Notes: generated from the letters alone by a model not told the origin. A DNA stretch of 64,000 nucleotides from Phycisphaerales bacterium (GCA_050730675.1 JBOHNM010000002.1:1395-65394); one strand, 5' to 3'; positions 1 to 10,135 are shown, counted from the stretch's first letter. A program made the numbers and translations.

Positions 1-318
1 GAGCGACGGGGACCGCTCGACGAGTCCGTCGAGTTCCCCGTTCTTGAGGCGGTAGACCTCAAAGTACGCGGTCTGCCTCGCGCCGCTCTCCGGCCGGGAC
101 TGGTACTGCGGCATCGCCCCGTCCTCGAAGTCGAACTCCAATGCTCCGTTCTTGGACTTGACCATCGCGGCCAGTGCCTCCGCTCTCGCGGTCAGGGCAT
201 CATCGAGCCGTGCGATCAAGGAACTCCGTACGAATACGTACAGCCCGAGCCCCGCCGCCGCCCCGAGCGGAGCAAGCGTCAGCAGGAGCATCCATGTCAG
301 GCGACCGCGGAGCGTCAC
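1..318 (-). CDS. sensor histidine kinase, N-terminal part (gene runs off the left edge)
   Basis: Not in the ORF track because it is truncated. The reverse frame opens with GTG (318-316) directly abutting the regulator stop codon. It translates VTLRGRLTWMLLLTLAPLGAAAGLGLYVFVRSSLIARLDDAL..., i.e. a short stub, a TM helix and the start of a periplasmic sensor. This is the usual kinase partner downstream of an OmpR-type regulator. Confidence 0.5.
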   Translation of the reverse strand, partial: MTLRGRLTWMLLLTLAPLGAAAGLGLYVFVRSSLIARLDDALTARAEALAAMVKSKNGALEFDFEDGAMPQYQSRPESGARQTAYFEVYRLKNGELDGLVERSPSL

Positions 319-1020
319 TTAATCACGCTCACTTTCCGGCGTGCCGGGCTCGGGGACGCTCAGCACATAGCCGACCTTGCGGCGCGTGTGAATCAGCGCC
401 GGGCAACCCGCGGCTTCGAGCGTGGAGCGGAGCGAGTAGACCGCCGCATCGATGGCGTTGGAGAGCACCTGCGATCGGTCGTCGTAGAGGTGTTCCTCCA
501 GTTCGGCACGCGGTACCGGCTTGCCTTGGCGCAGCGCCAAGTACTCAAGGAGTGAGTACTCGCGGGGGGCGAGGCTCAGCTTGCGTTCCCCGACGCGTGC
601 GGTCTTGGCCGATGAATCGATCGTCAAGGGTCCGATGCGGATGATGGGCGATCGCTCGCCGTGCCGCCGCCGCCCCAGCGCCGTGACTCTGGCCAGCAGC
701 TCCTTGAACGCGAAGGGCTTGACCAGGTAGTCGTCCGCCCCCGTGGTCAGGCCGAGCACCCGGTCATCGAGCGCGTCGCGGGCCGTGAGCATCAGCACCG
801 CCGCGTCCACACGCTTGGCCCGCAGCCTTGAGAGGACGGTGAGGCCGTCCATCACGGGCAGCATCCAGTCGAGCACGACCACGTCGTAGTCGGTCGTCTG
901 CGCGTGGATCAGGCCGCGCTTCCCGTCGGCGACGGCATCCACGGCAAACCCCGCTTCGCGCAGCCCTTGGGCCAGCGAGTCGCGGAGCACGGCGGAATCT
1001 TCGACGATCAGGACGCGCAA
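319..1020 (-). CDS. OmpR/PhoB-family response regulator (receiver + winged-helix)
   Basis: (TTG start) RVLIVEDSAVLRDSL...DVVVLDWMLP (receiver Asp), then C-terminal LSLAPREYSLLEYLALRQGKPVPRAELEEHLY...VGYVL, a winged-helix DNA-binding motif. Confidence 0.9.
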   Translation of the reverse strand: MRVLIVEDSAVLRDSLAQGLREAGFAVDAVADGKRGLIHAQTTDYDVVVLDWMLPVMDGLTVLSRLRAKRVDAAVLMLTARDALDDRVLGLTTGADDYLVKPFAFKELLARVTALGRRRHGERSPIIRIGPLTIDSSAKTARVGERKLSLAPREYSLLEYLALRQGKPVPRAELEEHLYDDRSQVLSNAIDAAVYSLRSTLEAAGCPALIHTRRKVGYVLSVPEPGTPESERD

Positions 1021-1374
1021 GCTGCGTTCCCCAGAGCATGTTACGACCGGGCGGCCATTTCACGATTCGAGAGAGCGGAAGCCCGCCGTTCTTGGCGGGC
1101 ACGCTGCATTCGCTGCACGATTCGAATCCCCAATGTGCCTGAAAACCAGCCTAGGGCTCCCCTCACGAGCACATCGGAGGGGTAGCGAGCGTGCCCGATG
1201 GCGCATGGCAGCGTGCCAAAAGTTGACCTCCAACGGATGCCGCGAGCCACAATTGCATGCGGTCTACCGTCCCGAAACATGATGCTCCGGTGATGGGAAG
1301 CAGGAAGTCGAAAAGCTGAAGAAAACGGCGCGTTGGGCGCGTCGGCCGAATGAGGCAGCGATCTAGAATCGACC

Positions 1375-1920
1375 ATGGGCTACAAGCGACGACCGATCGC
1401 CACAGTTCTCTTCACAATTCTAGCAGTCGCGGCGTCCTGCAAGGAACGTGCGAAACCAACGCCGCCCGCGGAATCGGCTGCGCCTTCCGCGCCGAGCACC
1501 TCAAACGCTCCGGCGAACCCCGGGCCGTCGCCCGTCGTCGCCACGCCGCCAAAGCCCGCCTCTCCTGTGGCAGCGCCGAGTGCAAGCCCGCCCGCCACAC
1601 CGCCAGACGCTGCGCCCGCTGTCGCTCAGCTGAGCGAAACCCAGAAAATCGAGAAGATGCTCGCGATCCTCGCCGAGTCGGATGCGGTATTCATCCGCAA
1701 CGGTGTCGACTATGACGGCAAGGCCGCGGCGGCTCACCTGCGCTCGAAGTGGTCTGCGGCGGGGAGCCGCGTGAAGACTGCCAACGACTTCATCGATGGC
1801 CTGGCTTCCAAGTCTTCGACGTCAGGCAAACCCTACCAGGTGCGCAAGAAGGACGGCTCGGTCATCCCTGCCGGCGACTGGTTCAGGCAACTCCTCGCCC
1901 ACGTCGAGGCCGGCAAGTGA
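1375..1920 (+). CDS. lipoprotein, DUF5329-like C-terminal domain
   Basis: Lipobox-like LAVAASC, a Pro/Ala-rich linker, then EKMLAILAESDAVFIRNGVDYDGKAAAAHLRSKW...FIDGLASKSSTSGKPYQV, which matches my recollection of DUF5329 proteins. Confidence 0.6.
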   Translation: MGYKRRPIATVLFTILAVAASCKERAKPTPPAESAAPSAPSTSNAPANPGPSPVVATPPKPASPVAAPSASPPATPPDAAPAVAQLSETQKIEKMLAILAESDAVFIRNGVDYDGKAAAAHLRSKWSAAGSRVKTANDFIDGLASKSSTSGKPYQVRKKDGSVIPAGDWFRQLLAHVEAGK

Positions 1921-1965
1921 CGAGCTTGAAGTAGGGGGTGGAGGGCGGCGTACCCTCCGCACAAG

Positions 1966-2754
1966 ATGTCCACCAAGAAACTTGTTGCCAACCCCGCCGC
2001 CGTCATCGCCGAACTCAAGTCCACGGGACTGTTGTGCGACGGCATCACCGTCATGGTCGGCGGCTTCGGCCTCTGCGGCATCCCCGAGCATTTGATCGTG
2101 GCCCTGCGTGACAGCGGCGTAAAGGGGCTCACGTGCGTCAGCAACAACGCGGGCGTGGACGACTTCGGCCTCGGGCTGCTGCTGGCGACACGCCAGATCG
2201 GCAAGATGATCTCGAGCTATGTCGGCGAGAACGCGGAATTCGAGCGGCAGTTCCTCAGCGGCGAACTGAAGGTCGAGTTCAACCCGCAGGGGACGCTCGC
2301 CGAGCGCATCCGGGCCGGCGGCGCGGGGATCCCGGCGTTCTACACCGCGACGGGCGTCGGCACGCCCGTGGCCGAGGGCAAGGACGTGCGGCAGTTCTAC
2401 AGGCCGAGCGACGATCCGCAAGGGCACAACAAGAAGGCGGGGGGCGCCGGCGTCGGGGCGAAGGCCGGCGCCGAGATGCGCGACTACGTCATGGAGACGG
2501 GTCTCTACGGCGACCTGGCCCTGGTCAAGGCTTGGAAGGCCGACGAGTTCGGCAACCTCGTCTACCACGAGACGGCGCGGAACTTCAACCCGATGATGGC
2601 GACGGCCGCGGCTTTCGTGATCGCCGAGGTCGAAGAGATCGTCCCGACCGGCTCGCTCAACGCCGATGGCATCCATACCCCGGGGAACTACGTGGACCGT
2701 ATCGTGGTGACCAAGCCGGAGAAGCGGATCGAGCAGCGGACGGTGAGGAAGTAG
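1966..2754 (+). CDS. 3-oxoacid CoA-transferase subunit A (ScoA/AtoD type)
   Basis: [20 protein letters not shown]...VSNNAG...[29 protein letters not shown]...[15 protein letters not shown] are classic family I CoA-transferase A-subunit motifs. It carries a ~25-aa Gly/Ala/Lys-rich insertion ([25 protein letters not shown]). Confidence 0.9.
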   Translation: MSTKKLVANPAAVIAELKSTGLLCDGITVMVGGFGLCGIPEHLIVALRDSGVKGLTCVSNNAGVDDFGLGLLLATRQIGKMISSYVGENAEFERQFLSGELKVEFNPQGTLAERIRAGGAGIPAFYTATGVGTPVAEGKDVRQFYRPSDDPQGHNKKAGGAGVGAKAGAEMRDYVMETGLYGDLALVKAWKADEFGNLVYHETARNFNPMMATAAAFVIAEVEEIVPTGSLNADGIHTPGNYVDRIVVTKPEKRIEQRTVRK

Positions 2755-2756
2755 CC

Positions 2757-3185
2757 ATGGGCGTGCTGACCGACTTTGTCGTGGCGAAAGAGTCGGAGGC
2801 CGCGGAGGTTGCGCACGCGCATGCGGATAATCCCAAGTGGCGGCGCTGGGACTGCAAGGGGATCGATCACATCCTGCTGGCGGGGCTGTACGAAGTCTTG
2901 ACCGATCGCCCGGCCGATGAAGCGGTGGAGGACCTCGAACAGATCGCCGAAGGCGGCGACGACGGCCCGTGGGTGTACCTCGTTCCACGCGAATGGGTCG
3001 AAGCGATCGCGGCGATTGACGATGACCACATGGGGGCGGCGTCCCGTGCATGGGCGCTTCGCGGCGAGTGGACCGAGCGAGGCGAACCGGAGCCGGACCT
3101 GAGCGAATACGTCAAGCTGCTGCGGGAAGCGAGCCGCGCGGCGCGGGATTCAAATCAATCGCTGCTCATGTGGATGTGCCTCTGA
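2757..3185 (+). CDS. hypothetical acidic cytoplasmic protein
   Basis: Internal ATG at 2757, 2 nt after the ScoA stop, in the frame of track ORF 2133..3185. High GC3 coding look. No family recognised. Confidence 0.5.
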   Translation: MGVLTDFVVAKESEAAEVAHAHADNPKWRRWDCKGIDHILLAGLYEVLTDRPADEAVEDLEQIAEGGDDGPWVYLVPREWVEAIAAIDDDHMGAASRAWALRGEWTERGEPEPDLSEYVKLLREASRAARDSNQSLLMWMCL

Positions 3186-3193
3186 GGCCTTGA

Positions 3194-3502
3194 ATGACGA
3201 CTCCCGCCGCCAAACCCCCGCGCTTCACCCTCGGCCTCATTCTGACGCTCGTCGGCGGCGGGCTGTGCATCGCCGGGATCTTCCTCGGTCTGGCCCCACT
3301 GATGAATGTCTACGGCGAAGCGCTCACCGATCCGCTCAAGGACTCGGCCGTGACGGCGCAGCAGACTTCCAACTCGATGCTTAAGGGTCTGTTCGTCGGC
3401 GCGATCGGCGTGCCGATTTTTCTCGTCGGGTCGGTCATGACCGGCAACTCGCTCATCCAGAAGCTGCGCCGGATGAGCGCGTCGAACACAATGAAGAAGT
3501 AA
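3194..3502 (+). CDS. small membrane protein (2 predicted TM helices)
   Basis: FTLGLILTLVGGGLCIAGIFLGLAPL and GLFVGAIGVPIFLVGSVM hydrophobic segments. No family recognised. Confidence 0.5.
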   Translation: MTTPAAKPPRFTLGLILTLVGGGLCIAGIFLGLAPLMNVYGEALTDPLKDSAVTAQQTSNSMLKGLFVGAIGVPIFLVGSVMTGNSLIQKLRRMSASNTMKK

Positions 3503-3748
3503 TCAGCGGCCCAGTTCCTCCTCATCGATCGTCGATGGTGCGGTCGGATTCGGCCGAGTGGTGGGCGCAGGCGTGCCAGAGGTGGAGGAGGCGGGGGTGG
3601 CCGGGATGAGTACCGTGCTGCTCGGCGTGTTCGATCTCGACACGACGACGCACCCGGCAAATGTCAGGCAGAGCCCGGCGACGACGAAGAGCCCGACATA
3701 CATGCGGCGGCGATCGGCTTGAAGCGACACGGGAAGCTCCTTCTGCAA
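3503..3748 (-). CDS. small hypothetical lipoprotein-like protein (alternative start at 3703)
   Basis: [18 protein letters not shown] lipobox-like signal followed by a Ser/Thr/Pro-rich tail. Convergent with the previous ORF. Weak call. Confidence 0.35.
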   Translation of the reverse strand: MQKELPVSLQADRRRMYVGLFVVAGLCLTFAGCVVVSRSNTPSSTVLIPATPASSTSGTPAPTTRPNPTAPSTIDEEELGR

Positions 3749-3851
3749 CCAATGGCGTCACTGGGAGGACTGGGCGAGGCATTTCAGGCCGCGACGGGTT
3801 GGTTTGCCCAACGGCCGATCAATCCCGCGGCAGTTTGCTAAGCTTGGCCCT

Positions 3852-4511
3852 ATGCCCCTTAACCGCGAACAGATTGCTCAGCGTGCCGCCAAGGAACTCC
3901 GCGACGGGTTCATCGTCAACCTCGGCATCGGGATGCCGACGCTGGTGGCCAACTACATCCCCGCAGGGATGGACGTGTGGCTGCAGTCGGAGAACGGCCT
4001 GCTCGGCATCGGCCCCTTCCCGCACGACAACGAGGTGGACCCAGACCTGATCAACGCCGGCAAGCAGACCATCACGGCCCGCAAAGGCGCGTCGTTCTTC
4101 TCGTCGAGCGACTCGTTCGCGATGATCCGCGGCGGGCACATCGATATGTGCATCCTCGGCGCGATGCAGGTGAGCGAGGCGGGCGACATCGCCAACTGGA
4201 TGATCCCCGGCAAGATGGTCAAGGGGATGGGCGGCGCGATGGACCTGGTCGCGGGTGTCAAGAAGATCGTCGTGATGATGGAGCACAACGCCAAGGACGG
4301 GACGGCCAAGCTCGTCAAGAAGTGCTCGTTGCCGCTGACAGGCCAGCGCTGCGTGGACATGATCATCAGCGAGATCGCGGTGCTGGAGATGGACAAGGCC
4401 AAGCACCGGTTCGTGCTGAAAGAACTCGCCCCGGGCATCACGGCCGATGAGGTCGTGAAGAAGACCGAGGCGGAGATCATCGTGCCGGAGCACGTTGGCT
4501 TGGTGGGGTGA
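3852..4511 (+). CDS. 3-oxoacid CoA-transferase subunit B (ScoB/AtoA type)
   Basis: [30 protein letters not shown]...SENGLLG (catalytic Glu motif)...GGAMDLV...VVMMEH. Start moved to ATG 3852 from the track start at 3804. Confidence 0.9.
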   Translation: MPLNREQIAQRAAKELRDGFIVNLGIGMPTLVANYIPAGMDVWLQSENGLLGIGPFPHDNEVDPDLINAGKQTITARKGASFFSSSDSFAMIRGGHIDMCILGAMQVSEAGDIANWMIPGKMVKGMGGAMDLVAGVKKIVVMMEHNAKDGTAKLVKKCSLPLTGQRCVDMIISEIAVLEMDKAKHRFVLKELAPGITADEVVKKTEAEIIVPEHVGLVG

Positions 4512-4544
4512 TCGAGCGGTCGCCACGGAATTGCTGGAGCTGCC

Positions 4545-5492
4545 ATGCTGGGATTGCTTGATTCGCTCTTTTCACGCGAACGGATCTGTGAGAATTACGA
4601 CGCGCCGGGAACGGCCGAGCTTGCCGTCCTGCTGACGAGCGGCGACTTCGCCGCTGTCGAAAAGCAGCTCGCAACCAACGCCGACCACGATTGGCGCTGC
4701 CAGGCGTTTCTCTATCTCTCGCGGCCATCCGAGGGACGGGCCGGGATTGCCCGCTGGTTCAAGGCCTCTCGCGGCGAAGGGCAGTCCCTCATCGCCCAGG
4801 GCTACTCGCGCCTTCACGGAGCGTGGGAGGCTCGCGGTTCGGGCATGACGCCGAGCAACTACGCCGCGTTTCAACAGGGGTTGCGGGAGGGCGAGCAGCT
4901 CCTCAAGCAGGCGGCGATGCGATCGACGAAGGACCCCGCCCCATACCCGATGATCCTGGCGGTTTGCCGCGGCAGAGAGTTGGGCGTTCCCGCGACGTTG
5001 GAGGCGATGAGCGAAGCGCTCGCAACCAAGGGTGGCTACTACTCGGTCGCATGCGAACTGGTGCAATCGCTGGCGTCGAAGTGGGGGGCCCCGCAGGGTG
5101 TCATCGAACGCGAGTTCATGAAGTTCCTCGCGGCCGTGCCGCCGGGCAATCCCGCGCACGCCATGGCGTGTTCCGCCGCTGTCGAGATGGTGTCGGCGCG
5201 GGCGATGGCACAGGGTGCTTACGAACCTGAGATGTTCAACTCCGCGGATGTGCGATCGCTCGTCAGCCACGCCGAGACCTTCTGGATGCGGGCGCAGGGT
5301 CGCAAGCCGCACGTCGGTGACCGGCACGCGCACAGCCTGCTGGGCTTTTGCCACTGGAGCATGAGCAACACGACGCTCGCGCAGCCGCACCTGAAGGCGA
5401 TCTACCCGCACTTCTCTTCCGACCCGTGGTCGTACTTTGGCCGCCCAGCAGCGATGGCCAAGCGAGCGGCGAAGGAATGCGGCATTCGCTGA
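4545..5492 (+). CDS. hypothetical protein (helical-repeat look)
   Basis: 315-aa ORF with coding-like GC3. No motif recognised. Confidence 0.55.
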   Translation: MLGLLDSLFSRERICENYDAPGTAELAVLLTSGDFAAVEKQLATNADHDWRCQAFLYLSRPSEGRAGIARWFKASRGEGQSLIAQGYSRLHGAWEARGSGMTPSNYAAFQQGLREGEQLLKQAAMRSTKDPAPYPMILAVCRGRELGVPATLEAMSEALATKGGYYSVACELVQSLASKWGAPQGVIEREFMKFLAAVPPGNPAHAMACSAAVEMVSARAMAQGAYEPEMFNSADVRSLVSHAETFWMRAQGRKPHVGDRHAHSLLGFCHWSMSNTTLAQPHLKAIYPHFSSDPWSYFGRPAAMAKRAAKECGIR

Positions 5493-5494
5493 TC

Positions 5495-5896
5495 TCAGTG
5501 TCCGAAGAACGACCGCACCCGCTCGCGCAGCGTCAACTCGCTGAGGTCCTTCAGCTCGCCGGCATCGAAGAAGAGGCCGCCGCAGACCGTGCAGCTCTCG
5601 TAGTGGATGTGGTGCTGCTTCAGGTCCGTCATGTGGATCAGTCGGCTCTTGTCGCGCGGGCAAATGAGTACTTTATCGTCGTGCGGCTTGCGGCTCACTC
5701 CGGCGGGGGTCTTCAGGTCGGCCTTCGCCGCCGCGCCGCTCTCGAGAAGACGTTCCTTCTCCATCACGTCGAGCCAGACCCCGCCGCACGAGGCGCAGTG
5801 ATCGATCTCGACGTCGCCGACCGCCTTGCGCATCATGCGGCCGTGGCACTTGGGGCAGTTCACCGGTCCCTGCGGCGCATCATCATCCTCGGGCAT
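5495..5896 (-). CDS. tandem zinc-ribbon protein (zf-TFIIB / TF_Zn_Ribbon type)
   Basis: Two copies of CPxC...x...CxxCGGxWxD-type ribbons: CPKCHG...CASCGGVWLD and CPRDKS...CTVCGGLFFD. Confidence 0.7.
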   Translation of the reverse strand: MPEDDDAPQGPVNCPKCHGRMMRKAVGDVEIDHCASCGGVWLDVMEKERLLESGAAAKADLKTPAGVSRKPHDDKVLICPRDKSRLIHMTDLKQHHIHYESCTVCGGLFFDAGELKDLSELTLRERVRSFFGH

Positions 5897-5962
5897 GGGG
5901 CTCTCCTGAACAGGTGGAGTCTATCCAAATCGGCCGATGAGTGAGGCGGCGGCATTCTTATC

Positions 5963-6952
5963 ATGGGCCCAGCAATGAAGTGGTTCGATGCCCATCTTGA
6001 CCTCGCCTGCCTCGCCGAGAACGGCCGCAGCATGACCGCGCCGCTCGAGACCTGCGGCGGACCGTGGCTCCCCGCGGGCCTGACGCTCAAGTCGATGGCC
6101 GAAGGCGATGTCGCGTGCTGTCTGGCGACGGTGTTCACCGAAGCGATCGAAGGCGAGACGCCGCTCACCGAGCCACAGCAATATCGCTCGGGCGATGTCG
6201 ATGGCGCGGCGACCGCCGGCCGGCGGCAGATTGCCATTTACGACCGTTGGCGCAAGTCGAACATGGCGCCAAGCACACGGATGGGCATCTTGATCGAGTC
6301 GGCCGATCCGATCCGCTCACCGGACGAACTGTCGTGGTGGCACACGCAAGGCGTCGTCGCGATCGGTATGGCGTGGGCGCGATCAGGCCGGTACGCCGGC
6401 GGCAACACAACCAAGGACGGGTTGACCGATCTGGGTCGCGCACTGGCAAAGGAAATGGACCGCCTCGGCATCGTCCACGACGCCTCGCACCTTTCCGATA
6501 GGGCCTTCGAGGACCTGCTGCTCGTCACCACGCGTCGAGTGATCGCCACGCACTCAAATTGCCGTGAGCTGCTCGGCGGCGGAAAGTTCGGTGAGAACCA
6601 GCGCCACCTGCGCGACGGGCAGATCCGCGACATCGTCGCCCGCGACGGCGTGATCGGCCTGAACCTCTTTTCTGCGTTTCTCTCCCCCAAGTGCAAAGAG
6701 GCGGGGCGTGCGACGATCGCCGATTGCCTCGATCACATCGAATACGTCTGCGAGATCGCCGGCGACCGCAAGCACGTCGGCCTCGGCAGCGACATGGACG
6801 GCGGGTTCTCCGCCCAGCGCATGCCCGAGGGGATCGATGCCCCTCGCGATTTCGTCAAGCTCGCCGAGGCGCTTCAGGCTCGCGGATGGACCGACAACGA
6901 TGTCCGCGGTTTCGCCTTCGATAACTGGGCACGAATCTTCGGGCCGGGCTGA
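5963..6952 (+). CDS. membrane dipeptidase (peptidase M19 family)
   Basis: FDAHLDLA..., IVHDASHLS, ATHSNCREL, GLNLF, DHIEYVCEIAGDRKHVGLGSDMDGGF are renal-dipeptidase family motifs. Alternative start at 5975. Confidence 0.85.
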   Translation: MGPAMKWFDAHLDLACLAENGRSMTAPLETCGGPWLPAGLTLKSMAEGDVACCLATVFTEAIEGETPLTEPQQYRSGDVDGAATAGRRQIAIYDRWRKSNMAPSTRMGILIESADPIRSPDELSWWHTQGVVAIGMAWARSGRYAGGNTTKDGLTDLGRALAKEMDRLGIVHDASHLSDRAFEDLLLVTTRRVIATHSNCRELLGGGKFGENQRHLRDGQIRDIVARDGVIGLNLFSAFLSPKCKEAGRATIADCLDHIEYVCEIAGDRKHVGLGSDMDGGFSAQRMPEGIDAPRDFVKLAEALQARGWTDNDVRGFAFDNWARIFGPG

Positions 6953-6958
6953 AGGGAC

Positions 6959-7906
6959 TTAGCGCGCGGATGCGGCAGCGGCCTCACGGCAGTGCTGGCA
7001 CCACACAGCCGGATCACCCAGCGCCAGCCGCGTATCGGCCCCGTGCGTCGGCTCCGGCAGCATCGCCGCCTTCTTCAGGTATTTGGTGCGGTACTCGACT
7101 TCGTAGAACTGGAACTGCGGGTTGTTCTGTGTGTACTTGTACGTGGTCGCCAGTTCCTTGTTGATCCGCTCGATCCGCGTCTCGGGGTACGGGTGCGTCG
7201 CCAGGAACTCCGGCGTGCCGCCGCTGGCGGCCTCCTTCTGCAGGATCTGCATCACCTGCGACTGGGCCGCCGGGTTGTAGTTGCAGGCGACCATGAAGCG
7301 CATGCCCAGCGAGTCGGCCTCGCTCTCCTGATCGCGGCTGAATTTGAGCGGGATGAGCGTGCCGCCGACATTGATCGCCAGCCCGCCAAGTTGTGTCACC
7401 ACGGCACTCGCGCCCGATGCCCCCAGCGCCACGCCGCCCAGCGCCGCGCTGACGCCCACCAGCTGCTGCTGGCCGACCCGCTCGGAAGTGTGGCGTGCGC
7501 ACACGTGCCCGATCTCGTGCCCGAGCACGCCGGCCATCTGCGCCTCGTTGGTCATCTTGTCCGCCAGGCCCTTGCTGATGAACACCTTCCCTCCCGGGAG
7601 CGCGAAGGCGTTGATGACGTTGCTGTTGAGCAGCGTGAACTCCCACGGCAGGCCCGGGTTGTCCGCGGGTGTCTTGGCGGCGAGTTTGCGGCCGATCTCA
7701 TCGACATATCCGTCGAGCTGCCTGTCGGGCACCTCGCCGCCGCTCTCGGCGGTGAATTGCGCCTTGGACTCCTCGCCGATCTGGATCTCCTGAGCCCGCG
7801 AGAGGCCGACGAGCTGATTGCGTCCCGTGGTGGCGTTGGTCTCGCACGCGGCCAACGGGAGCAGCGCGATCACGCAGAGCAAGAGCGATGAATAACGATG
7901 CATCAT
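6959..7906 (-). CDS. M48-family zinc metalloprotease lipoprotein
   Basis: Start trimmed to ATGATG at 7906, preceded by GGAGG; the track ORF reaches 8236 through Arg-rich junk. Signal/lipobox LLLCVIALLPLAAC, the HEIGHV zinc motif and NAFALPGGKVFI. Confidence 0.85.
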   Translation of the reverse strand: MMHRYSSLLLCVIALLPLAACETNATTGRNQLVGLSRAQEIQIGEESKAQFTAESGGEVPDRQLDGYVDEIGRKLAAKTPADNPGLPWEFTLLNSNVINAFALPGGKVFISKGLADKMTNEAQMAGVLGHEIGHVCARHTSERVGQQQLVGVSAALGGVALGASGASAVVTQLGGLAINVGGTLIPLKFSRDQESEADSLGMRFMVACNYNPAAQSQVMQILQKEAASGGTPEFLATHPYPETRIERINKELATTYKYTQNNPQFQFYEVEYRTKYLKKAAMLPEPTHGADTRLALGDPAVWCQHCREAAAASAR

Positions 7907-7977
7907 TTGAAAACCTCCAAAGCGGTACCGGCGGCGGTGCCTGCCCCGGTCCGTACTCCACAGCATAAGATCGCCCG

Positions 7978-8760
7978 ATGACCGACGCCGCGCACAATCC
8001 CGCGCCCCCGGCCTGGCAGGGGGGCGAACTCGCCGACCCGCACCACCACGCCGACAAGCACTCGAAGGTGCGCCGCATGTTCGCCGCCATCGCGGGTTCC
8101 TACGACCTGAATAACCGTGTCCATTCCTTCGGCCGCGATCAGGCGTGGCGGCGCTACGCAGTGAAAGTCGCGGGTGTGAAGCCCACCGACCACGTCCTGG
8201 ATGTCGCCTGCGGCACCGGCGACTTGAGCCGCGCATTCGCCGATGCAGGTCCGGCCCGCGTTGTCGGTCTTGATTTCACGCGCGAGATGTTGGACGTCGC
8301 GGAGATGAAGCAGAGGCGCGATCCGGGTTCACACGGAAATCGCATCACGTATGTTGAAGGTGATGCTCAGAAACTGCCCTTCGCTGACGCCGCCTTCGAC
8401 ATCGTCTCGATCGCCTTCGGCATCCGCAACGTCGCCGACCCGGCCAAGGCCATCGCCGAGTTCTTCCGTGTGCTCCGCCCCGGCGGGCGGCTGGTGATTC
8501 TTGAGTTCGATAAGGTCCGCATCCCCGTCGTGGGTTGGGTTTCGGATTTCTACACACGACGGATCATGCCGCACACCGCGACGCTCATCAGCGGCGACCG
8601 GAGCGGTGCGTACAAGTATCTCCCGGCCTCCGTCGAGACTTTTTTGGACCGCGAGCAACTCGGCGGCGTGCTGCGCCAGACCCGCTTTGGCGAGGTCTCG
8701 GCCAAACCGCTGACTCTTGGCGTCTGCATCTGCCACCGCGCCGTGAAACTGCAGGCCTGA
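7978..8760 (+). CDS. ubiE: demethylmenaquinone / ubiquinone C-methyltransferase
   Basis: VRRMFAAIAGSYDLNNRVHSFGRDQAWRR..VLDVACGTGD...FGIRNV...VLRPGGRLVILEF...YKYL are UbiE/MenG signature motifs. Confidence 0.9.
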   Translation: MTDAAHNPAPPAWQGGELADPHHHADKHSKVRRMFAAIAGSYDLNNRVHSFGRDQAWRRYAVKVAGVKPTDHVLDVACGTGDLSRAFADAGPARVVGLDFTREMLDVAEMKQRRDPGSHGNRITYVEGDAQKLPFADAAFDIVSIAFGIRNVADPAKAIAEFFRVLRPGGRLVILEFDKVRIPVVGWVSDFYTRRIMPHTATLISGDRSGAYKYLPASVETFLDREQLGGVLRQTRFGEVSAKPLTLGVCICHRAVKLQA

Positions 8761-8878
8761 CGCGTCGCAGGGCGATTTCGTCCGAGAAACACCCAATCAG
8801 GCAGATATTTGGCCGATGTTCGGTTGAGTTTATTCTATTTGGTCAACCTGAAATCGACCGACCCGTATACTGAACGCC

Positions 8879-9460
8879 ATGACGCCTCGCGCTGAACGAG
8901 CACTGATCCGACGGGTGGTTGCGGGTGACCGCACCGCGGCATCGGATCTGATCAAAGCGCACCAAGCTTCCCTCTTCGCGTACATGCTCCGCCTCACCGG
9001 TCGCCCGGAGACCGCCGAGGATGTGACGCAGGAGGCGTTTGTGAGGGCGCTCACCAAGATCGAGCGCTACGACCCGCGCTTCCGCTTCTCGACGTGGCTC
9101 TTCACGATCGCCAAGCGACTCTATGTCAACGCCAACCAGCGTCTCACACCCGCGTTCGATACCGACACGGTCGGTGCCGCGGCCTCACGCACGGCTTGGT
9201 TGGATGACGCGGGCGACACCGAGCTTTCCGAGTCCACGGGCGGCGCACTGCAGCGAGCGCTCAGCGTGTTGAGCGACGAGCAGCGCGAAGTACTGGTCCT
9301 CTTTTATCAGCTCCAGTGGCCCGTCGAGCACATCGGCGAGTACCTCGACCTGCCGACGGGCACCGTCAAGAGCCACCTGCACCGCGCCCGTGCGCGGCTC
9401 CGCGAGGCCCTTGAGGCCCAGCCCAACTTGCCGGCCAAGATCCGCGAGGTGCTGGCGTGA
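8879..9460 (+). CDS. ECF-type RNA polymerase sigma-70 factor
   Basis: Region 2 (AEDVTQEAFVRALTKIERYDPRFRFSTWLFTIAKR) and region 4 (LSDEQREVLVLFYQLQWPVEHIGEYLDLPTGTVKSHLHRAR). Confidence 0.9.
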   Translation: MTPRAERALIRRVVAGDRTAASDLIKAHQASLFAYMLRLTGRPETAEDVTQEAFVRALTKIERYDPRFRFSTWLFTIAKRLYVNANQRLTPAFDTDTVGAAASRTAWLDDAGDTELSESTGGALQRALSVLSDEQREVLVLFYQLQWPVEHIGEYLDLPTGTVKSHLHRARARLREALEAQPNLPAKIREVLA

Positions 9461-10119
9461 GCTTTTCCGGTTTCCATCGCGGCCGCCGCAAGTCCGACCC
9501 GCTCCCCGAGGCCATCGCCGAGTTCGGCGACCGCCCCATCGCGCCGGATCTTTCCGCTTCGATCCTCGACCGCGTCGGCGCGCAGCGTCCGTTCTTCGAG
9601 ACGCGCACACAGATTGCTGTCCGCTGGACCAAGATCGTCTGCGGCTCGCTGGCCACGGGCTTGGCCGTGCTCTTCGGCGCTGCCCTCTGGTTCGCCCCGG
9701 AGATCCTGCCTTGGCAGCAGCAGCCCCGCCCGATCTCCGCCGTTGTCCACAGCGCTGTGGGTGACGCGAAGAACGGCATGAGCCGCTTGGACGCCCTGCG
9801 CCGCAGCGTTGAATCGCTCGCCGCACGCGACGTCGTCCGTGCGCCCCGCGCCGGCTGGGTGGACAACCACGTCGCCGGACCCCTGGTCCGCGTCGGCACC
9901 GTCGTCCGCCCCGAGGCCAGCGCCCTCGACCTGCTCCCCATCCGCGCCATGTGGGGTGCGGGCGCCCCCGGCGTGACGAGCGCCGCGGCATCCACGAAGA
10001 TCGAACCACTGCCGCACGCGGGTGAACTCCCCGCGTCCTGGCTGGATTCCGGTGGCGGGTCGGACCTCGCCGTGCCCGCGCCCGCGGGTGCGGACGGCCC
10101 CGGCGTGACACCGCAGTAA
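9457..10119 (+). CDS. putative anti-sigma factor / single-pass membrane protein
   Basis: GTG start overlaps the sigma-factor stop (GTGA). One TM helix (IVCGSLATGLAVLFGAALWFA) follows a ~60-aa cytoplasmic part. No zf-HC2 motif, so the role is inferred from position only. Confidence 0.5.
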   Translation: MSFSGFHRGRRKSDPLPEAIAEFGDRPIAPDLSASILDRVGAQRPFFETRTQIAVRWTKIVCGSLATGLAVLFGAALWFAPEILPWQQQPRPISAVVHSAVGDAKNGMSRLDALRRSVESLAARDVVRAPRAGWVDNHVAGPLVRVGTVVRPEASALDLLPIRAMWGAGAPGVTSAAASTKIEPLPHAGELPASWLDSGGGSDLAVPAPAGADGPGVTPQ

Positions 10120-10135
10120 TGTTGAGGACACGACC

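Noticed and set aside
7907-8236. N-terminal 110-codon extension of the M48 protease ORF
   Set aside because: The extension is Arg-rich junk that would overlap the divergent ubiE gene. A GGAGG-spaced ATG at 7906 gives a clean lipoprotein signal.
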